From positions 56,176 to 120,175 of the forward strand of contig JBOEGD010000020.1 of NCBI GenBank assembly GCA_050633245.1: a DNA stretch of 64,000 nt, read 5' to 3'. Positions 1 to 9,495 of the stretch are shown here, in pieces. Every line of letters begins with the position of its first letter. Within the stretch, counting starts at the first letter, position 1. The translations under genes were made by a program, and so were the position numbers. This DNA comes from Calditrichia bacterium. Lineage in GTDB: Bacteria; Calditrichota; Calditrichia; RBG-13-44-9; J075. Below the pieces are notes generated by a model, which saw only the letters and a program-made list of their open reading frames with translations, searched no databases and was not told the origin of the DNA.

Positions 1-63
1 TTCTCACTTCTCACTTCTCACTCACAATTCATACTTCATCATTCATAAATCACCACTCAATAT
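1..63. repeat. 7-bp-period array (TTCTCAC x3 decaying into TCAxxxx units), truncated by the window start
   Basis: ttctcac ttctcac ttctcac tcacaat tcatact tcatcat tcataaa tcaccac tcaatat. Confidence 0.75.
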
Positions 64-178
64 GTGTCTTTTTGTTCACTATTTCAAGATGTTAGTTTTT
101 TTGAGTTGTTCGATGATACGAATGCGCGTATTTTAGGCGACTTTAAATGCTGTTGCACTCCTGACCTCGAAAGTTCTT

Positions 179-1585
179 ATGACAAATCCAATTCAAGCGG
201 TCTTTTCCCGCTTTACGAATCGCTGGAATTCTCCCGGTGGTTACCGGGAAGTGCTTAAAATAGCTATTCCGTTGATTCTCTCTACCGGTTCATGGAGTTT
301 GCAGCATTTTGTTGATCGAATGTTTTTGACCTGGTATTCGCCCGAGGCAATAGCGGCCTCTCTTCCTGCGGGATTGTTAAATTGGACGCTTATAAGTTTT
401 TTCGTCGGGGTTGCAGTGTACGCAAACACCTTTGTTGCGCAATATTTTGGAGCGAAGCAGGAGAAGCGAATTGGTCCTGCTGTTTGGCAGGCGCTTTATT
501 TTTCGGTTATTTCCGCAGTATTGGTTATTCCATTTTATTTTTCTGCCGGAGCGGTATTCGAATTTGCCGGACATAGTTCGGATGTAATAGAGTTGGAGAT
601 CGTTTATTTCCAAATTCTGCTTTTGGCAACGCCCTTTATTGTTGCGGCAAATGCAGCGACCAGCTTTTTCTCCGGCCTTGGACGCACCTGGATTATTATG
701 TGGGTGAATATTTTTACTACATTTATCAATCTGGTATTCGACTATCTGTTGATATTTGGTAATTTGGGGTTTCCAGAATTGGGGATTATGGGTGCTGGTT
801 GGGCATCTGTTTTGGCCATGATTTTTAGCGCCACTGTATTTCTATGGCTTTTTCTGCGAACACCGGATCACAAGCGCTTCGATACCCGAAACTTCAGATT
901 TGACTCGGACTTATTTCGTCGCTTGTTGAAATTTGGTATACCAAACGGTCTTCAATTTGTACAGGCTGTGTTTGCATTTACGCTATTTATCTTCTTGGTT
1001 GGTCGGCTGGGAATAAATGAGCTTGCCGCAACAAATATTACGTTTAATATTAACACACTTTCCTTCATGCCAATGATGGGAATGAGCATCGCTGTGGCCA
1101 CGTTAGTTGGGCAGAGGCTTGGTGAAGATAATCCCGCTTTGGCAAAACGTACGACGTATTCCACGTTTCAATTGGCTTTTATATACTTCACGACACTAAG
1201 CTGTTTTTATTTCCTGTTACCCGAGGTGTTTATCTGGCCATTTGAGTTAGAAGCCGACCCTGTTGAATTTGCTCCAATTCGTGAGATGGTAATCAATATG
1301 TTGAAATTTGTTGCGCTTTTTGGTTTATTTGATAGCGGCAACGTCATTTTTTCAGGCGCAATTAAAGGAGCCGGTGATACCCGCTATGTGGCAATTGCAA
1401 CCCTGGTTTTGTCAGTCTTCTTATTGTTAATCCCCTCATGGCTAGCGGCTACTGTTTTTGATGCTGGAATTTATTGGCTTTGGACAGCAGTAACGGTGTA
1501 TATTGCCGGTCTATGTATCGCATTTTGGATACGTTTTCGCCGAGGGCATTGGGAAAAAATGCGAGTTATTGAGGAAGCTTCATGA
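179..1585 (+). CDS. MATE family multidrug/flippase-type transporter
   Basis: 468 aa with about 12 hydrophobic segments; MATE motifs 'DYLLIFGNLGFPELGIMGAGWAS', 'ATLVGQRLG', 'GAIKGAGDT'. Confidence 0.92.
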   Translation: MTNPIQAVFSRFTNRWNSPGGYREVLKIAIPLILSTGSWSLQHFVDRMFLTWYSPEAIAASLPAGLLNWTLISFFVGVAVYANTFVAQYFGAKQEKRIGPAVWQALYFSVISAVLVIPFYFSAGAVFEFAGHSSDVIELEIVYFQILLLATPFIVAANAATSFFSGLGRTWIIMWVNIFTTFINLVFDYLLIFGNLGFPELGIMGAGWASVLAMIFSATVFLWLFLRTPDHKRFDTRNFRFDSDLFRRLLKFGIPNGLQFVQAVFAFTLFIFLVGRLGINELAATNITFNINTLSFMPMMGMSIAVATLVGQRLGEDNPALAKRTTYSTFQLAFIYFTTLSCFYFLLPEVFIWPFELEADPVEFAPIREMVINMLKFVALFGLFDSGNVIFSGAIKGAGDTRYVAIATLVLSVFLLLIPSWLAATVFDAGIYWLWTAVTVYIAGLCIAFWIRFRRGHWEKMRVIEEAS

Positions 1586-1697
1586 GTTTTAGCAAATAAT
1601 TGTTATTTTTCTCACCATATTTTCAGAAATATGCATGTACCTTTCGAAGTTTATAATGCGTCTGCATGCTTTTAGTTTTTCGATCATAGGAGTCTGA

Positions 1698-2258
1698 ATG
1701 GGTTCTAAGCGTTCACGGAAAAAAAAGAAGTCCCCTCCCTCTAAAAAAACACCTTCAAAAAAGTCCAGGTTTCCAAGACAGCTTGCGGTAACGACTGGTT
1801 TGTTTTTTTTAATCTGGGCTTATATGTCGCTTCCCGTAAACGATCTCTGGTTCAAGAGTCGTATTTCACCATACATGAAAAACATGTCGAAGCAGTTAAA
1901 GGACAACGATATGGAAAGACGTATGAAAGCTCGTCATGGCTTTAATTATGTCCTTCCGGAGTATGTTTTCAATCAAACTACGGATAACAGCTCTGTTTTA
2001 TTGCCTCCTAAATTTCATGTAAAAGCCCAATATTCTCCTAAACAATTTCAATGGCATCATCCAATTTGGCACTATTATTTTTTTGGCCCAAGAAATCGCA
2101 CCTTGTTCGATCCGAAGCGAGAGCAGGAGCTGTCAGGAATTACTCATGCCATTATTGCCAAGGAGGGGCAGGTGCGGATGGTTAAAGTTGAATCGCCGGA
2201 GGTATTAGAGCAGGTTGTCCAGATTTATCTTGCTGATTTACCAAAGGAGGAGAAATGA
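1698..2258 (+). CDS. hypothetical membrane-anchored protein (Lys/Arg-rich N-tail, one TM, soluble domain)
   Basis: SD aggag before ATG; stop overlaps the next start (ATGA). Confidence 0.75.
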   Translation: MGSKRSRKKKKSPPSKKTPSKKSRFPRQLAVTTGLFFLIWAYMSLPVNDLWFKSRISPYMKNMSKQLKDNDMERRMKARHGFNYVLPEYVFNQTTDNSSVLLPPKFHVKAQYSPKQFQWHHPIWHYYFFGPRNRTLFDPKREQELSGITHAIIAKEGQVRMVKVESPEVLEQVVQIYLADLPKEEK

Positions 2259-3625
2259 TTCTTACAAAGCTGTTAGCATTCATCTTGCCTCTCTTTCTGG
2301 GATTCGCAGTTCTGCGTCGCATAAAGCTGCAAATCGGTAGTTGGGAAAGAATTGCTCTTGCTTACCCGATTGGGCTTGCCGGTGCAACCGTTGCCGTATT
2401 CCTGCTTAGCATATTTGGAATTCAGATCAATGCTTTCACGGTACCTTCTGCTATCTTTCTCGTTGGTCTCTTGCTAATCGCAGTCGACTTTCGTGATATC
2501 TTGCAAAACATTTCAACGGAGGTGCTTCTTAAACCACTTCGCCAACTCAAAAAGTTGCACCTTTCCGAGGTATTGGGGCTTCTCATTATTATTCCGATGA
2601 TTTTGCTTAGTCTTTGGCGTGCCTTTTATATGCCTGTTACCACCTACGACTCTATTCACGGCATCGATCTGATGGCACAAGCAGCTATTGCCGATGGGAA
2701 AATAGATTCACGTATGTATGAAGACCTGGGAGATGTGTTAAGCACACAACCTTATTATGCACCCTTTACCGCACTAAGTCAGATTATTTACCGTCTGGCA
2801 GGGTTTCCATTCGGGAAGGTGTGGATTTCGCTGCTGTTTGCGTCATTGTTACTAACATTTTACTTAAACTTGCGGCAAAAACTTCATCCTGCAATAGCCG
2901 TTTTTTTAACGACACTTCTAATTGTCATCCCTGAGATGTTTGGCTACACTTTTCTTTTGCAAACGGACTATTCAAATGGGGTCTTTTTATCGCTGGCTGT
3001 GATTTACCTGGCTCGCTACCTGGATGAAAACAGTGATGGGTTGTTCTGGGTCTCCGCGTTATTTGCCGCATTTGCGTGCTGGACGCGCTCTGAAACGATT
3101 GTATTTGTTGCTATGACGCTCGGCCTATTTGCCCTTTTGAAGTACAGCGAAGGCCTGCGTTCTATTGCAGGAAAACTCGCAGGTTATTTTGCAATGAGTC
3201 TGATTGCATTTGGTATATGGAATTTGTTCTACCTGCCCTTTGTCTTGGACTATTCACCAGAATCATATTTTGCTTTCGGCTTTTGGGATCTCGAACGTTT
3301 GCAGACCTTAATTAATGGGATGTGGTTAGTCACTTTAGATCTAAATCGCTGGAGCTATGTACTTCTGCTTTTTCTGGGCGGAGCTGTAGTAAACTTGCTC
3401 TATTTTAAAGATAAGAAAAATGTGTTTGTGCTGCTTTGGGTAATTATGTTTATTGTTACCTTTCTGGTGCTGCTTTATCACCTGCAGCTGTCTCTCCAGG
3501 CAAATATTAATTACACCTATCGAAGAGGCCTCTTCAAGCTATGGCCTGTTGCGGTTTATTATCTCGGTAGCTCTGCCATGCTGATTAGTTTGTCCGGCAA
3601 AATAAAGAAGTGGGAAGATGCATAA
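2255..3625 (+). CDS. polytopic membrane protein, GT-C-fold (ArnT/PMT-like) glycosyltransferase candidate
   Basis: Many TMs; acidic 'TTYD' loop after the N-terminal TMs, 'YYAP', 'QTDY', 'WTRSE'; operonic with sugar genes. Confidence 0.6.
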   Translation: MILTKLLAFILPLFLGFAVLRRIKLQIGSWERIALAYPIGLAGATVAVFLLSIFGIQINAFTVPSAIFLVGLLLIAVDFRDILQNISTEVLLKPLRQLKKLHLSEVLGLLIIIPMILLSLWRAFYMPVTTYDSIHGIDLMAQAAIADGKIDSRMYEDLGDVLSTQPYYAPFTALSQIIYRLAGFPFGKVWISLLFASLLLTFYLNLRQKLHPAIAVFLTTLLIVIPEMFGYTFLLQTDYSNGVFLSLAVIYLARYLDENSDGLFWVSALFAAFACWTRSETIVFVAMTLGLFALLKYSEGLRSIAGKLAGYFAMSLIAFGIWNLFYLPFVLDYSPESYFAFGFWDLERLQTLINGMWLVTLDLNRWSYVLLLFLGGAVVNLLYFKDKKNVFVLLWVIMFIVTFLVLLYHLQLSLQANINYTYRRGLFKLWPVAVYYLGSSAMLISLSGKIKKWEDA

Positions 3626-4710
3626 TGACAAATGACTTGTCAAAAAAACGATTTCTGGTTACCGGCGGCGCCGGTTTTGTCGGATCAAACTTGGCTATCT
3701 CTTTCAAAAAACGCTATCCCGACAGCCACATTGTCGCTCTCGATAATCTTAAGCGACGTGGCTCCGAACTCAATATTAGTCGACTAAAAAACCACGGCAT
3801 CATGTTTCAGCATGGCGATATTCGCAATCCTGAAGATCTGGAGTTTGCAGATCGATCTGTTGATGTGGTGTTGGAATGCTCGGCAGAGCCTTCAGTACTG
3901 GCCGGATTTGGCGGTTCACCAGGTTATTTGCTCAATAGCAATCTTACCGGTGCCATAAACTGCCTTGAATTGGCACGTAAGCAGCAGGCCGATTTTGTGT
4001 TTCTCTCTACCAGTCGGGTTTACCCGGTTGAGGCGATTAACGACTTGGCTTTTGCTGAAACGGAGAGCCGGTTCACGCTTGTTGATAACCAGACAACGGT
4101 AGGAGCTTCTGCTGAAGGAGTTGCAGAGACTTTTCCCTTAGACGGCGTGCGCTCATTATATGGAGCAACCAAACTTGCTGCTGAGCTGATTGCAATGGAA
4201 TACAGCAGTATGTATGGAGTGCGCACGTTAATTAATCGCTGTGGTGTGCTGGCCGGGCCCTGGCAGATGGGTAAGGTCGATCAGGGTGTTTTTACACTTT
4301 GGATGGCGGCTCATATTTTTGGAAAGCCGTTACGCTACATTGGATTTGGCGGTAGTGGAAAACAGGTTCGCGATCTACTGCATGTAGACGATTTATTTGA
4401 GCTGCTGGATATTCAATTGCAGGATATCGATACGTATAATAATCGGATTTTCAATGTCGGTGGTGGCCAGAAAAGCTCGTTATCTTTGGTCGAAACCACA
4501 AAGCTGTGCGAAGCGATTAGCGGACGGAATATAGAAATTAAACCGGATCCTGAGCCACGCCCGGCTGACCTGACCAGCTATATTTCCGATAGCAGAAAAA
4601 TTAGTGCCGAAACCGGCTGGAAGCCAAAACATACGCCTGAGACTATCTTACAGGATATTCACAGGTGGATTGTTGAAAATGAAGCAATTTTGAAGCCCAT
4701 TCTGGGATAA
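3625..4710 (+). CDS. NAD-dependent epimerase/dehydratase, CDP-paratose 2-epimerase-like (copy 1)
   Basis: TGGAGFVG, YGATK, 'WQMGKVDQG', 'GKQVRDLL'; ATG 3625 overlaps the upstream TAA. Confidence 0.88.
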   Translation: MTNDLSKKRFLVTGGAGFVGSNLAISFKKRYPDSHIVALDNLKRRGSELNISRLKNHGIMFQHGDIRNPEDLEFADRSVDVVLECSAEPSVLAGFGGSPGYLLNSNLTGAINCLELARKQQADFVFLSTSRVYPVEAINDLAFAETESRFTLVDNQTTVGASAEGVAETFPLDGVRSLYGATKLAAELIAMEYSSMYGVRTLINRCGVLAGPWQMGKVDQGVFTLWMAAHIFGKPLRYIGFGGSGKQVRDLLHVDDLFELLDIQLQDIDTYNNRIFNVGGGQKSSLSLVETTKLCEAISGRNIEIKPDPEPRPADLTSYISDSRKISAETGWKPKHTPETILQDIHRWIVENEAILKPILG

Positions 4711-4734
4711 TTGCGCACGATAGGGGATGTTACT

Positions 4735-5799
4735 ATGTCAATGGTGTTGATAACCGGCTCCGGTGGACTCATCGGATCTGAATCGGTAAAGTTTTTCCAC
4801 GATAAGGGATTTCAGGTTGTGGGAATTGATAATGATATGCGAAAGTTCTTTTTTGGTGAAGAAGCGTCTACAGACTGGAACGTGAATAATCTGAAAAAGA
4901 ATTACCCGCAGTATCAGCATTTCGCTGAAGATATTCGAGATGAAGCCGCGATAAAGAAAATTTTTAAACGCTTTGGTACAGAGATCGATTTGGTTATTCA
5001 TACCGCAGCACAGCCTTCACATGATTGGGCTGCCAATGACCCGTTTACCGATTTTACCGTGAACGCTAACGGTACGCTCAATCTACTCGAGCATACTCGC
5101 CAGTTTGCTCCCAATGCGGTGTTCCTGTTCTGTTCCACTAATAAAGTGTATGGTGATACGCCAAACCGACTGCCACTGATAGAAGAAGAGAAGCGTTGGG
5201 AAATCGACGCGTCTCATGATTACAGTAGCGGTATTGATGAGAGCATGAGCATCGATCAGAGCAAGCATTCTTTGTTTGGAGCATCAAAGGTTGCAGCTGA
5301 TGTGTTGGTACAGGAGTATGGCCGCTATTTCGATATGAAGACAGCTGTGTTTCGCGGTGGTTGTCTTACCGGGCCCGGGCACTCTGGTACTAAGCTGCAC
5401 GGCTTTTTGGCTTATTTGATGAAGTGCGTTGCGACAGGTACACCCTACACGATTTTTGGCTATAAAGGCAAGCAGGTTCGCGACAATATCCACAGCTTTG
5501 ATATGGTGAATGCCTTTTACCATTTCTACAATAATCCGCGAATAGGTGAAGTCTATAATATTGGTGGAACACGCCATAGCAACTGTTCCATGCTGGAAGC
5601 AATTGACATCTGCGAAAAGATTAGTGGTAAAAAGCTGGACTGGACGTATAGCGAAGCCAATCGCATTGGTGATCACATTTGGTGGATTAGCAGTATGGAG
5701 AAGTTTAAAAACCATTTTCCCGACTGGGGTTTTCGCTATACGATCTATGATATTTTGAAAGAAATTTACGATCACAATACCGAGAGGTGGGCTGGCTAG
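4735..5799 (+). CDS. NAD-dependent epimerase/dehydratase, CDP-tyvelose epimerase-like (copy 2)
   Basis: TGSGGLIG, 'HTAAQPSHD', 'STNKVYGD', 'FGASK', 'GKQVRDNI'; SD agggga before ATG 4735. Confidence 0.88.
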   Translation: MSMVLITGSGGLIGSESVKFFHDKGFQVVGIDNDMRKFFFGEEASTDWNVNNLKKNYPQYQHFAEDIRDEAAIKKIFKRFGTEIDLVIHTAAQPSHDWAANDPFTDFTVNANGTLNLLEHTRQFAPNAVFLFCSTNKVYGDTPNRLPLIEEEKRWEIDASHDYSSGIDESMSIDQSKHSLFGASKVAADVLVQEYGRYFDMKTAVFRGGCLTGPGHSGTKLHGFLAYLMKCVATGTPYTIFGYKGKQVRDNIHSFDMVNAFYHFYNNPRIGEVYNIGGTRHSNCSMLEAIDICEKISGKKLDWTYSEANRIGDHIWWISSMEKFKNHFPDWGFRYTIYDILKEIYDHNTERWAG

Positions 5800-5800
5800 T

Positions 5801-6562
5801 TTGAAGCTTTCGATAATTATTCCCGCATACAATGAAGAAGGCTCCATCCGCAATACGGTGGATCAGATTATTACCAAACTACATGACGAAAATGTGTTTC
5901 ATGAAGTGTTGGTAGTAAACGACAACAGCAAAGATAGCACGGAAAGTGTTCTTAAGGAATTGGCGCAGGAACATGCTAATTTTCGCTACGTCAATAATAG
6001 CCCACCCAACGGAATTGGTCTGGCCATTCAAAAGGGACTTGAGAACTTTCATGGCGATGCAGTTGCAATTGTTATGGCAGACGGATCGGACGCTCCTGAA
6101 GATATCATTACTTATTATCGGAAGATGGAAGAAGGCCATGAATGTGTGTTTGGTTCGCGCTTTATAAGCGGAGGTGCAGTATATGATTATCCGCGACATA
6201 AGTTGATCTTAAATCGCTGCGCAAATTGGTTTATCAAGATCTTGTTCGGAATTAAATACAATGATATAACTAACGCATTTAAATGTTATCGTCGTGAGGT
6301 TATCGAAGGTGTGCTGCCAATTTTGTCGCATCACTTTAATATTACCGTAGAGCTTCCCCTAAAGGCGATTGTTCGTAACTATAACTATACCGTGGTGCCG
6401 ATTAGCTGGCGAAATCGCACACACGGAATCTCAAAGTTGAAGATTAAGGAAATGGGCAGCCGCTACGTTTTCATGATTTTTTATGTATTCCTCGAGAAAT
6501 TACTTTCGCGTGGAGATTACCAGCGTGCGCCTTTAAAAGACAATAACGATATCAAACGCTGA
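5801..6562 (+). CDS. GT2 glycosyltransferase, polyprenol-phosphate/DPM-synthase-like
   Basis: 'LSIIIPAYNEE', 'VVNDNSKD', 'MADGSD', 'FGSRF', 'W.NR.HG.SK'. Confidence 0.9.
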   Translation: MKLSIIIPAYNEEGSIRNTVDQIITKLHDENVFHEVLVVNDNSKDSTESVLKELAQEHANFRYVNNSPPNGIGLAIQKGLENFHGDAVAIVMADGSDAPEDIITYYRKMEEGHECVFGSRFISGGAVYDYPRHKLILNRCANWFIKILFGIKYNDITNAFKCYRREVIEGVLPILSHHFNITVELPLKAIVRNYNYTVVPISWRNRTHGISKLKIKEMGSRYVFMIFYVFLEKLLSRGDYQRAPLKDNNDIKR

Positions 6563-7719
6563 GCGTTTCTCCAGCCCATAAATGTGGCTGCTGCTCCGGG
6601 TGGAGCGAAAGAGCAGTTCTCCAAAAGGTTGAATCCCTCCTGGCCATTTCTCAGAGGAATTGACAAGGTACGAATGGTGTTGAGGTCGTCTCCCATCTCA
6701 ACTACTTCGTCTAAAGACTGAGCGATTTTAAAATCGTCTCGATCCTGCATTTCGTCGCGAAATTCATCAAACCAGCTCGCCTCATTGATGATCAATGTCA
6801 TGCAGATTTCCGGTCTCAACTTTAGCAAGTCGGTTGCGACCCCACTAAACTGCAATATTGCGGTACCCGAGTCCAGCATCTTGTGCAGGGTCTTTAGGCG
6901 TGGCGCTTCTTCCAGGTGCTCCGCTCCCTCAAATTTATCATGTTCTTCATGCAGCCAAACTTCTTCCAGATATTCGCTGTAGATCGTGGGAAGTATCGAA
7001 AAGTCTCGCTGCGCATTACCAAAGGGTTGCATCATTCCGGACGGAATTGCATGCAGCATGCGCTCTGCTTTGGCAATTTTGGGTGCGCAGGTGCGTAGCA
7101 GTAAGCGCCAGCCATCTGTACTGCGATGCAGGATAGATGTTGAAATACCAATTGCTGCGCTTCTGCCACAATCGGTAAACAAAGGATTGCCGCGCTGATG
7201 CAAAGCGGAGCGAAGCGTTAGTGACTCCGTAAACTCAGCATAGTCCTGAAAAGCCGGTTCCTCATCTCCAAAAGCTGTCAGCAGTTCAAACTCTAATAGA
7301 TCGCAACTGATTAAGGCATCAAAATAATTTCCAGTTGTACAGTCTATCCGCAGGTCATTCTGTAGATCCAGACTTTGCATACAATACGTTGGACCGTTCC
7401 AAAGGGCTGGTGATTGTGACTGTAGAATATCCAGATACATTTCTCCGGGAGTATTAAAGACTTCCGGAAACGCCTTGTCTTCGTCATCAGGTGAGAGTGA
7501 GCCAAGCAGCTGAGAAAAATTGTTTTCCTGATTAAATCGCGCTGGAAATATCGCAACCGGATAGGAGGTCTTTCCTACTGTAAGCGCATTGCGTTTATAC
7601 GCTCGTTCGGCAAGCCACTTTATATAATGCATGAAGGTTGGGTTTTGCAGTGCTTTTTCCTGAAGCTCAGCAATATGCCCATCTCCCTGTTGCCATCGTT
7701 TAAGATATGTATTAAGCAT
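6517..7719 (-). CDS. hypothetical protein, possible divergent Nudix-like fold
   Basis: 400-aa ORF with SD ggagaa; 'LHAIPSGMMQP...YSEYLEEV' resembles a degenerate Nudix box. Confidence 0.5.
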   Translation of the reverse strand: MLNTYLKRWQQGDGHIAELQEKALQNPTFMHYIKWLAERAYKRNALTVGKTSYPVAIFPARFNQENNFSQLLGSLSPDDEDKAFPEVFNTPGEMYLDILQSQSPALWNGPTYCMQSLDLQNDLRIDCTTGNYFDALISCDLLEFELLTAFGDEEPAFQDYAEFTESLTLRSALHQRGNPLFTDCGRSAAIGISTSILHRSTDGWRLLLRTCAPKIAKAERMLHAIPSGMMQPFGNAQRDFSILPTIYSEYLEEVWLHEEHDKFEGAEHLEEAPRLKTLHKMLDSGTAILQFSGVATDLLKLRPEICMTLIINEASWFDEFRDEMQDRDDFKIAQSLDEVVEMGDDLNTIRTLSIPLRNGQEGFNLLENCSFAPPGAAATFMGWRNAQRLISLLSFKGARW

Positions 7720-7774
7720 ATTCGATTCTCCCTTTTTCTCTCAGCTATTATCGGCAGAATTTGGTAGAACCTAC

Positions 7775-7809
7775 AAAAAAAGCCTCGAAGAATTCTTCGA
7801 GGCTTTTTT
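7775..7809. terminator. intrinsic terminator-like palindrome
   Basis: aaaaaa-gcctcgaagaattcttcgaggc-tttttt, just downstream of the minus-strand gene ending at 7844. Confidence 0.8.
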
Positions 7810-7843
7810 GAAAAATCGTCATGCTGCAGTTGGAAATTGGCGT

Positions 7844-8737
7844 TTACTTCATATTCTGCATTTGGCCGATCGGATTTTCTTTTTCTTTCCAATTGCTGTC
7901 GAGCGAAAATAAATCATCCGAGAGATTACGCTTTTCTATGATTGTCATCTCGTTGCTTGCAGAAACTCTTCCGGAGTTTCCATAGCTTACAGATTTAACA
8001 GGAACGCCGATAAAACCAAACGCTTCTTTCTGCTCTTTCATGCCAAGGGACATAAAGTTGTCTTCACCGGCACCACCCATTTTACCAAGTGCTTGAATAA
8101 ATCCGGCAAAACTCTCCATTATCTGAACGTCCGATTTAGCAAGACCAAGAGAGCCAAGTTCAGACATATAAATGTCTTCAAGCTTCTTATCGCCTTTTGT
8201 TGCGGTAAAGTGAGTTGCTTTAAAACCGTTGACGTTTACGCCGCTTTTGATTTTGTTATACATCTTTTTTGCCGGAGCAGCAGTTTTTCCACCGTCTTCA
8301 GCGAGTGCTTCTTTCATGAAGTCCGGCATCATTTTCATCATCATCTCGCGCTGCGCAGGTGGCTTGTTTTTCATGCTTTCCACAGCCTGCTTCATTTGTG
8401 CCTTTTGTTCCGGCGTCAATTGCTGTAGCTGCTGGTTCATCATTTCTGATGCATCTGTTACCATGCTGTTGATTTTTGCCAAATCGGCGCGCGTAATGGT
8501 GAAGTATGAATTCTCATTTGTATCTATAATCCAGCAGAGATCTTTATCTTTACGATAAATAACAACATCTGCTTCACCTTCGGTGGAAATTTCCATGCGC
8601 ATTGCATTCTTCGACATATACATCTTGGTTGTATCCTTTTGGTCACTGGATTTGCCTTCCACATAGACACCGGCAAAGGTGAAGGAAGCCATAAGTCCCA
8701 GCAGCAAAAGTAACTGTAATCGTGCAGATCGTGACAT
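7844..8737 (-). CDS. secreted DUF4412-like protein
   Basis: Signal peptide; beta-rich N-part 'KMYMSKNAMRMEI'; Met/Gln-rich linker; C-terminal 'LSDDLFSL'. Confidence 0.6.
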   Translation of the reverse strand: MSRSARLQLLLLLGLMASFTFAGVYVEGKSSDQKDTTKMYMSKNAMRMEISTEGEADVVIYRKDKDLCWIIDTNENSYFTITRADLAKINSMVTDASEMMNQQLQQLTPEQKAQMKQAVESMKNKPPAQREMMMKMMPDFMKEALAEDGGKTAAPAKKMYNKIKSGVNVNGFKATHFTATKGDKKLEDIYMSELGSLGLAKSDVQIMESFAGFIQALGKMGGAGEDNFMSLGMKEQKEAFGFIGVPVKSVSYGNSGRVSASNEMTIIEKRNLSDDLFSLDSNWKEKENPIGQMQNMK

Positions 8738-8835
8738 AATTGTATACTCCAATGTTAGCTTAATTTCAGGGCGTGCGTGTAATTAAATACGTTGATAAGA
8801 TAACATAAGGCAAAATCATATCGCCTTATCCTACA

Positions 8836-9336
8836 TCACATGACGTTTTTTTCTAAACAGGTCGAAACCGTGCATAAATGGATCATCATCCAGGCTGCGG
8901 CATTCAGGCGGTCGTCGTCTGCATCATCCGGCAGCTCTTCCAGAATATCATCATACAGGCTGCTGATTAACTCCGTTTGCTCTGTTTTCTCACGCAATAC
9001 TTCAGCAATTTCTTCCAGGCTGTCCTGGCCTTCCTTTATCGCTCGCTCATAATCCCGAAATATCAGCTCTTCTTGTTCTACCAGTGCGTCTTCAGAGACA
9101 ATCTTCGTTTCATCTCCAATTGCTTTCCAGATAATTGTCCCGTAGAAGAACTGGTTAGCGTGTTCATCTTCATCCAGCATATCACCGCCAGCGGCAAATG
9201 TATAGGCGAGAATGTTAGGTTGCACCGTTTCAAAATCTTTAATCAGCGAGTTTAGTTGATTCTCATCTTCGCTTACCAACAGTTCGGTAACCTCTTCCCA
9301 TGCGGCGATAATTGCCTGTTCGTCTAGCTGTTTCAT
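8836..9336 (-). CDS. hypothetical acidic helical protein
   Basis: 166-aa ORF with SD agga. Confidence 0.65.
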   Translation of the reverse strand: MKQLDEQAIIAAWEEVTELLVSEDENQLNSLIKDFETVQPNILAYTFAAGGDMLDEDEHANQFFYGTIIWKAIGDETKIVSEDALVEQEELIFRDYERAIKEGQDSLEEIAEVLREKTEQTELISSLYDDILEELPDDADDDRLNAAAWMMIHLCTVSTCLEKNVM

Positions 9337-9495
9337 AGTGTTTCCTGTTTATGGTTTTTCTTGCACAGCGGGAATGTTACTGCCTGTGCTTGGCCGACGC
9401 AAGCGATTTGCAATTTTGAAATTGATCGCAGCGGGTGATTGATATATATTCAGGGTTCATAAGCCACAATGATTGATGACAAAAAGAGGATTCAG

